Of a stretch of DNA of 62,479 nt, positions 57,141 through 62,479 are shown piece after piece (the stretch's first letter is position 1; each line of letters begins with the position of its first letter). Position numbers and translations under genes: made by a program. The notes beneath the pieces were generated by a model that saw only the letters and a program-made list of their open reading frames with translations, made no database searches and was not told the DNA's origin. Source of the stretch: an uncultured Gammaproteobacteria bacterium (GTDB lineage Bacteria > Patescibacteriota > Microgenomatia > UBA8517). The stretch is from assembly GCA_964568925.1 (NCBI GenBank), contig CAZMSJ010000004.1:1-62479 (forward strand). Direction: 5' to 3'.

Positions 57141-57908
57141 TTACTTTCTACTCACAAATTGAGTAATTATCTTCTCTTGCTCTTCAAACGAACGTGGCCA
57201 GTGGCTGATTACCTCATCGATCATGCCAACTGATTCCTCAGTTGAGACTTGCTTCCTCACAAAATGTATAGAGGTCCCAAGTAAATCTTCACGCCCACCC
57301 GAAAAGCTAATATTGAAATCTTTCGGATGAGTATTAACCGGAAGGCGAGTAAACGTGATGATGTTAAAGAGTGGACTTGCGTAGATTGCTAAGGTTGTTT
57401 TGCCGAATAGACCGTGAAGAGCTACACCGTTTCCCGTAAGGCTGACTCTTTTTGCCAACCCGTTTTGCCAAACGAGCAGACTGAATTGTGATATTGCATG
57501 GCTCACAACATTTTCTTCTGCACGAAGATATTGCAATACCATCTGCTCGACAAACTTCATTTCTGTTACGTCTGCCGCTATTTTGGCAAGTTGCTCACAG
57601 AGGACTGGCCGATGGGGATCTTTCCCCAATTCAAAAATGTCTGGAATTGAATACACTCGTGCCTTTTCAACATACCTATTCCTAATCCGAGTTATCCCTG
57701 GAGCATCTGTTATCTTAAAATAGATCATCGCTTCACCTATGATTTTGGGAAGATCAAAAATGATATCTTTCTCCTCATAGGGATCAACAACCATTGCTTC
57801 TATGTACCAGGACAGAAATGTAACAATTTCGTCGTGGCCTAAGAACTCCTTCAATTTGTTTCTCTCAAGGTACCTCTTGAATCGTCTGACTAAACTTGCT
57901 TTGTTCAC
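57141..57908 (-). CDS. Hypothetical cytoplasmic protein (255 aa) downstream of the mini-peptide genes
   Basis: AAAGGAG SD 7 nt before the GTG at 57908. The track start (TTG at 57983) would run through the terminator hairpin at 57940..57962. Confidence 0.5.
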   Translation of the reverse strand: MNKASLVRRFKRYLERNKLKEFLGHDEIVTFLSWYIEAMVVDPYEEKDIIFDLPKIIGEAMIYFKITDAPGITRIRNRYVEKARVYSIPDIFELGKDPHRPVLCEQLAKIAADVTEMKFVEQMVLQYLRAEENVVSHAISQFSLLVWQNGLAKRVSLTGNGVALHGLFGKTTLAIYASPLFNIITFTRLPVNTHPKDFNISFSGGREDLLGTSIHFVRKQVSTEESVGMIDEVISHWPRSFEEQEKIITQFVSRK

Positions 57909-57930
57909 TGTCTGACTCCTTTTTATTGGT

Positions 57931-57962
57931 AAAAATAATGGGTTGGGGGAAACCCCCAACCC
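57931..57962 (-). terminator. GC-rich rho-independent terminator of mini-peptide gene 1
   Basis: GGGTTGGGGG-ttt-CCCCCAACCC on the minus strand followed by ATTATTTTT. Confidence 0.75.
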
Positions 57963-57976
57963 TAGACATACCTTCG

Positions 57977-58135
57977 CTAACAACCAGTCCCACAGCGAAC
58001 AGGAACAACCATTCCTACGCCACCTTGGACGACCACATGTTTGGACTCGATGTTACCTCGCCGGCCTGCTAATGCAGGAACGGTAACCGACGTAAGCGCC
58101 AGACACAGACATGCGATACTAAACAACTTCTTCAT
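57977..58135 (-). CDS. Secreted mini-peptide precursor 1 (52 aa)
   Basis: AAGGGAG SD. Translation is MKKLFSIACLCLALTSVTVPALA/GRRGNIESKHVVVQGGVGMVVPVRCGTGC. It has signal-peptide features, its own terminator, and a paralog immediately upstream. Confidence 0.6.
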   Translation of the reverse strand: MKKLFSIACLCLALTSVTVPALAGRRGNIESKHVVVQGGVGMVVPVRCGTGC

Positions 58136-58190
58136 CGTTTGTCTCCCTTGGGACAGATTAGCGAGAAAAGTAGTATACACAAAAAAATAG

Positions 58191-58224
58191 ACATAAAAAA
58201 GGGGCTGGGGGAAACCCCCAACCC
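58191..58224 (-). terminator. GC-rich rho-independent terminator of mini-peptide gene 2
   Basis: GGGTTGGGGG-ttt-CCCCCAGCCC (one mismatch) on the minus strand followed by TTTTTTATG. Confidence 0.75.
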
Positions 58225-58235
58225 AAGCGCCATCG

Positions 58236-58385
58236 CTAACAGTCACTTCCGCAGCGAATCGGAATTGAGATCGCTGGTCTTACAACTTTGGCTTCAATAT
58301 TGCCTCGACGACCAGCTGCAGCAGGTGCAACAACGGAGGCCAAAACCAAACAGAGTGAAACAATTCCTACGATCTTCTTCTTCAT
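58236..58385 (-). CDS. Secreted mini-peptide precursor 2 (49 aa), not in ORF track
   Basis: Hand translation gives MKKKIVGIVSLCLVLASVVAPAAA/GRRGNIEAKVVRPAISIPIRCGSDC. AAGGAG SD. It shares the GRRGNIE and RCGxxC blocks with peptide 1. Confidence 0.55.
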   Translation of the reverse strand: MKKKIVGIVSLCLVLASVVAPAAAGRRGNIEAKVVRPAISIPIRCGSDC

Positions 58386-58435
58386 TGTCGTGTCTCCTTA
58401 GGACAACGTTAGCGAGAAAAGTATAATATCAGACG

Positions 58436-58455
58436 AAAAGGGGTGTTACAACCCC
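58436..58455 (-). terminator. Hairpin terminator after tRNA-Leu
   Basis: GGGGT-tgtaac-ACCCC on the minus strand followed by TTTT. Confidence 0.5.
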
Positions 58456-58467
58456 ATTTTTGAAGTG

Positions 58468-58550
58468 TGCCAAGGGCGGGACTCGAACCCGCACGGGATT
58501 GCTCCCACACGCTCTTAAGGCGTGAGTGTCTGCCATTTCACCACCCTGGC
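58468..58550 (-). tRNA. tRNA-Leu (TAA)
   Basis: Hand-folded: acceptor GCCAGGG/CCTTGGC, anticodon stem CACGC/GCGTG with loop CTTAAGA, long variable arm GGGAGCAATCCC, T-arm GCGGGTTCGAGTCCCGC. Confidence 0.85.
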
Positions 58551-58585
58551 GTTTCTAATTCGCAAATTTTACCATAGAATGAGAT

Positions 58586-61111
58586 ATGAAGAATGTGGTG
58601 TTCTCGTATACTCGTTTGTCCGTGAGTTATTTACTTCCAAGACTCGGTACTAGTGAGGGTGGTTTAGCCTCAAAAGATGCAGAAGCACGACTTATTGCCC
58701 ACGGGAAAAATGAGTTGGCCAGTCAGAAAACAACAGCTCTTGCCGTCTTTCTTCGTCAGTTTAAGTCTCCCTTTGTCTATTTACTCATTGCCGCCGCTAT
58801 TTTGTCATTTATTTTAGGAGAAACAACTGATTCACTCTTTATTATTGTTTTTATCACAATTAATAGTGTCCTAGGCTTCTATCAGGAATATCAATCAGAG
58901 CAAACGGTTGCACTCCTTAAAAAACTTATTGATGCACGGGTAACAGTTGTACGTGATGGGAAAAACACATTAATCCCTGCATCAGATTTAGTGCCAGGGG
59001 ATATTGTTATCCTGTCTCCTGGTGACATTGCTCAAGCTGACCTTCGATTTATTGATGTTAAAAATTTTACCGTTGATGAGTCAATTTTAACGGGGGAGAG
59101 TGAGGCGCAGGCAAAGACTGCAAGTGAAATTACAACAAAAGTTACTGAGCTGTATGAAGCCACAAACTGTATGTTTGCTGGTACAACAGCAATTGGCGGT
59201 TGGGCGAAAGCAGTTGTTGTCGCAACTGGTCATGACAAAGTCATTTCTCAAATTGCTGAAAAGACCGTTAATACAAATCGAGAAAGTACTTTTGAAAAAG
59301 GCATCTCTTCATTTAGTCGTCTAATTCTAAAAATTGTCGGTGTAACAATTATTCTAATGATTGTGGCAAACCTGTTAGTAAAAGGAGCTGACAGTAACCT
59401 GCCAGAATTACTTCTCTTCTCAATTGCCCTCTCTGTCTCTGTTATCCCTGAAGCACTTCCTGTTGTTACAACCTTCTCATTGTCTCAAGGTGCAAGAAAG
59501 CTTGCACAAAAGAAAGTTATTGTGAAACGACTCTCTGCAATTGAAGACTTAGGAAGTATCTCTGTTTTGTGTACAGATAAGACGGGAACGATTACCCAAA
59601 ACAATATGATATTAACGTCTCGCATTTCATACAAAGGAGCTGATGTGTTTTGGTGGGCAGCACTTGGCTCTGATTTTGTAGGGAACAAAGTACATCTACA
59701 GGAGCTTAACTCCTTTGATGCAGGACTCTACCCAAAGATTGGTGACGAGATTCACGAGAAGCTTAAAAAAGTTAATCGTATGAGCGAACTTCCTTTTGAC
59801 CCTGTCAGAAGAAGAACAACGGTTGTCGTTTCAGACAACAAGGATCTCTATTTAGTTTCTCGTGGAGCCCCAGAGAATATTCTTGAATTATGTGGAACAG
59901 TGCAGAAAAGAGAAGAGATAGAAAAGTGGATCACAAAAGAAGGCCTGACCGGACACAGAATAATGGCAATTGCCTACAAGAAACTAGTCAAAGACACCAA
60001 GGACTTATCCAAAGCGGAGAAAGACTTGACTTTCGTTGGTTTACTCTCATATGACGATCCATTAAAGCCATCTACTCATTTGGCTATGCAGAAAGCCACT
60101 GAACTTGGCGTGCAAATTAAAATTATTACGGGAGACAGACCAGAAGTGGCTGGAGCCGTTGCAACAGAAATTGGCCTTATCTCAAATCCACATGACGTTA
60201 TTACGGGGGCTCAGTTTATGGCAATGAATGAAGAAGAAAAAGATGATGTAGTTTTAGCTCATCATGTGTTTGCTCGTGTTGCTCCACTTCAAAAATATGA
60301 AATTGTGAAGAGACTTCAATCACATTTTGAAGTTGGGTTTTTAGGAGAAGGAATAAACGATGCCCCCGCACTTAAAGTAGCTAACGTTGGAATTGTTGTG
60401 GCAAGTGGTTCTGATATTTCAAAAGATGCAGGGGACATTATTCTCCTCAATCAAAGTTTACTTACAATCGTTGAAGGAATTGAAGGGGGAAGAAAAGTTT
60501 TTGCAAATACCGTTAAATATATTAAGGCAACCTTAACCAGTAACTTTGGTAACTTCTATGCTGTGGCTATCTCTTCGTTATTTATTCCTTTCTTACCAAT
60601 GCTTCCGATACAAATTTTATTGGTAAATATGCTGTCAGATTTTCCAATGATTAGTATTGCAACTGACAAAGTAGATGCAGAAGAATTAACATCACCAAAG
60701 CAATATGACATAAAGGATGTTGCTGTTTCGTCAACCATCTTAGGGTTAGTCAGCACCTGTTTTGATTTCCTCACCTTTGCTTTGTTCTTTAGACTCGCTC
60801 CATCAGTACTACAAACCAATTGGTTTATGGAAAGTATTTTAACTGAACTCGTTTTAATCTATTCAATCAGAAGCAAGCGAAGTATGTTTAAAGCAGGAAG
60901 ACCATCAAAAACAATACTTTTCTTAACAATTGTCGCAGCTCTTGTTACCGTTGTTGTTCCCTTTACCTCTTTTGGACACAAGACATTTAGCTTTGTTACT
61001 CCAACCCTTGCTCATGTGTTAACGATCATTGCGATCGTTGTCTGTTACTTAATTACAACAGAAATTGCAAAGGTTGCATTGTTTAAAGTAAGACGACTTT
61101 CAGCCAAATAA
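58586..61111 (+). CDS. P-type ATPase, MgtA-like (magnesium-transporting type)
   Basis: TGES (LTGESEA), CTDKTGTITQN, and GEGINDAPALK. The TM motif IPFLPMLPIQILLVNMLSDF and KVIVKRLSAIEDLG resemble MgtA. Confidence 0.8.
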   Translation: MKNVVFSYTRLSVSYLLPRLGTSEGGLASKDAEARLIAHGKNELASQKTTALAVFLRQFKSPFVYLLIAAAILSFILGETTDSLFIIVFITINSVLGFYQEYQSEQTVALLKKLIDARVTVVRDGKNTLIPASDLVPGDIVILSPGDIAQADLRFIDVKNFTVDESILTGESEAQAKTASEITTKVTELYEATNCMFAGTTAIGGWAKAVVVATGHDKVISQIAEKTVNTNRESTFEKGISSFSRLILKIVGVTIILMIVANLLVKGADSNLPELLLFSIALSVSVIPEALPVVTTFSLSQGARKLAQKKVIVKRLSAIEDLGSISVLCTDKTGTITQNNMILTSRISYKGADVFWWAALGSDFVGNKVHLQELNSFDAGLYPKIGDEIHEKLKKVNRMSELPFDPVRRRTTVVVSDNKDLYLVSRGAPENILELCGTVQKREEIEKWITKEGLTGHRIMAIAYKKLVKDTKDLSKAEKDLTFVGLLSYDDPLKPSTHLAMQKATELGVQIKIITGDRPEVAGAVATEIGLISNPHDVITGAQFMAMNEEEKDDVVLAHHVFARVAPLQKYEIVKRLQSHFEVGFLGEGINDAPALKVANVGIVVASGSDISKDAGDIILLNQSLLTIVEGIEGGRKVFANTVKYIKATLTSNFGNFYAVAISSLFIPFLPMLPIQILLVNMLSDFPMISIATDKVDAEELTSPKQYDIKDVAVSSTILGLVSTCFDFLTFALFFRLAPSVLQTNWFMESILTELVLIYSIRSKRSMFKAGRPSKTILFLTIVAALVTVVVPFTSFGHKTFSFVTPTLAHVLTIIAIVVCYLITTEIAKVALFKVRRLSAK

Positions 61112-61138
61112 AAACGCCCATCAATTGCTTGATGAGCG
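61107..61138. terminator. Hairpin terminator between convergent genes
   Basis: Imperfect stem CGCCCATCAA/TTGATGAGCG. The T-run is present only on the minus strand. Confidence 0.45.
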
Positions 61139-61147
61139 CGTCTGTCT

Positions 61148-62086
61148 TTAGAACTGGCAAACGTTAGCTACTTCTGTGTAGTTTCCTACAAAGGTTAACT
61201 CACCTTCCGGTGAGAGAAGTGAGAGCCCATTATCTTGAACAAGAGCCATTAGATTAATTCCCTTTTGAAACCAGTAGAAGGTCTCAATTGGAATTTTCGA
61301 TGAAAAGACTCGTGTCCTACTGCCCGTAATTGCATTGCTTTTCACAATCGCATCAGTGTCATCTTCTGAGACAAGATATGCAATTGAATTACCACTATTT
61401 GACCACACACTTTTCTTGACGGTTTTGGCTAAGGGAAAGCGATAGCGATGATCTGTTTGCCTAACGTCAACTTCATTGTCTACCGTTTCGCTTACAAACT
61501 GATCATCAACTGACCACTGATAGATTATCTTCGCATCATCTACTCGATACGAGTAATCATTCAGGTCCCAGGTGTTTGTTTGGTCACCCAGGGTAAATGA
61601 GAAATAACGACTACTAGGACTCCATACAAAGTTGCTTCCTTGCTCGTAGTTACCAATGTATGTTGTTATTTTGCTCTTTGTTTCAAGCAAAATAATTCCA
61701 TTATTTCGAACGATCGCTGCAGTTAACCCATCGGGTGAAACCGACAAACGACTGATGTTTTTAACAACGGTCGTTTCGTTTGTTACCCCATTAACGATCG
61801 CTGCAGTGAAAATCCCTGCCTCATTTGCTTCGGTGTAGCCGACGAGAAAGAAGGTATCTTTGCCACAGGTCAAATCAAATGTTTTGTAGCCAGGAATCCC
61901 GTCGTTCACGAGAATGATTTGTTTGAAATGAATGTCGTAAAAGTACTCATGGAACGTCTCGTCTCCCGGTTCTTTCGCCTGAAAAACGATTCCTTGTGGT
62001 ACTTTTCCCTGATCACGATTGGCGTCTTGCGCCTTTACGGCCTGAGTGCCAATGATTAATAGTAGTAGTAGGAAAAACTTCTTCAC
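61148..62086 (-). CDS. Secreted hypothetical protein, possibly beta-propeller (PD40-like repeats)
   Basis: Signal peptide MKKFFLLLLLIIGTQAVKA. Recurring SPDG/WSPS/WSNSG segments resemble TolB-type repeats. This is a weak call. Confidence 0.45.
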   Translation of the reverse strand: MKKFFLLLLLIIGTQAVKAQDANRDQGKVPQGIVFQAKEPGDETFHEYFYDIHFKQIILVNDGIPGYKTFDLTCGKDTFFLVGYTEANEAGIFTAAIVNGVTNETTVVKNISRLSVSPDGLTAAIVRNNGIILLETKSKITTYIGNYEQGSNFVWSPSSRYFSFTLGDQTNTWDLNDYSYRVDDAKIIYQWSVDDQFVSETVDNEVDVRQTDHRYRFPLAKTVKKSVWSNSGNSIAYLVSEDDTDAIVKSNAITGSRTRVFSSKIPIETFYWFQKGINLMALVQDNGLSLLSPEGELTFVGNYTEVANVCQF

Positions 62087-62197
62087 GTACTCTGTACCTC
62101 CAGATATCCACTTTGAAAGATCTGTTGAATTATAGGAGTTTTGTGGGTAAACTACAAGTTATCAGCTGTTCTGATCAAAAAAAGAAGGGGAATCTGT

Positions 62198-62422
62198 ATG
62201 AGAGCAGACGTCATTCAGCCTGTGTTAATCCTTGAAATTTTGGATGATGGAAGGATCCGAGATTCTCGAGTCGAGCCGGGTTCGTATGAGTTAGAAGAAG
62301 TTGAAAATCCCGTTTCAGGGAAATCAAAAGCTGATCCATGGCTCATGATAAAAGGGACGATGCGTGGCATGGGGATTCAAGCCTGGAAACTCAGTGACCG
62401 AATTAAAATAACAGAAATGTAG
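62198..62422 (+). CDS. Hypothetical protein (74 aa)
   Basis: GAAGGGG SD-like sequence before the ATG at 62198. A terminator follows. Confidence 0.4.
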   Translation: MRADVIQPVLILEILDDGRIRDSRVEPGSYELEEVENPVSGKSKADPWLMIKGTMRGMGIQAWKLSDRIKITEM

Positions 62423-62435
62423 AGAAAATGAAACT

Positions 62436-62463
62436 CCACGGACTCACGTCCGTGGTTTCTTTT
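62436..62463 (+). terminator. Rho-independent terminator
   Basis: CCACGGAC-tcac-GTCCGTGG followed by TTTCTTTT. Confidence 0.75.
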
Positions 62464-62479
62464 GGGAATCTCATTCTCA

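Noticed and set aside
58139-58426. 95-aa plus-strand ORF (TTG start) covering the mini-peptide region.
   Set aside because: It is antisense to two paralogous, SD-preceded, terminator-followed peptide genes. It reads through both GC-rich hairpins and has no SD.

Overview
AT-rich bacterial chromosome segment with compact, often overlapping genes. Several housekeeping proteins are shortened (UvrC, ValRS, F-ATPase stalk). There are many small membrane or secreted hypotheticals and a T4SS-pilin-like surface protein. This style suggests a reduced-genome Patescibacteria/CPR-type organism, which is an inference, not a proof.

Core content:
- ruvC
- a sugar-phosphate and lower-glycolysis block (PGM/PMM, PGI/PMI, ppsA, eno, gpmI)
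- lexA, uvrB, uvrA and uvrC within about 18 kb, separated by two accessory islands of secreted proteins
- secG, cyclophilin, glgP
- atpB-E-F-A-G-D-C with no delta subunit gene
- kup, a beta-CASP MBL hydrolase, valS, a secreted GH5, an MgtA-like P-type ATPase
- four minus-strand tRNAs (His, Gly, Pro, Leu)
- one intact IS200-type tnpA and one IS1595 transposase remnant

Most interesting candidates:
1. A tandem pair of paralogous secreted mini-peptide genes (52 and 49 aa, one missing from the ORF track). Promoter-leader and GC-rich terminator are duplicated too. The pair lies next to tRNA-Leu.
2. A 988-aa cysteine-rich modular secreted protein with a possible clan-CD (CPD-like) His/Cys dyad. It is followed by a beta-helix protein, a pilin-like fusion and a transglutaminase, and this island runs directly into uvrC.
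3. Two paralogous proteins carrying an exact HExxHxxGxxH metzincin motif.
4. An ATP synthase operon lacking atpH, with matching truncations of b and alpha.
5. A C39-like peptidase, hyper-acidic protein and MarR trio beside tRNA-His.

No CRISPR array or rRNA was seen. All family assignments come from motifs read by eye and need profile searches.
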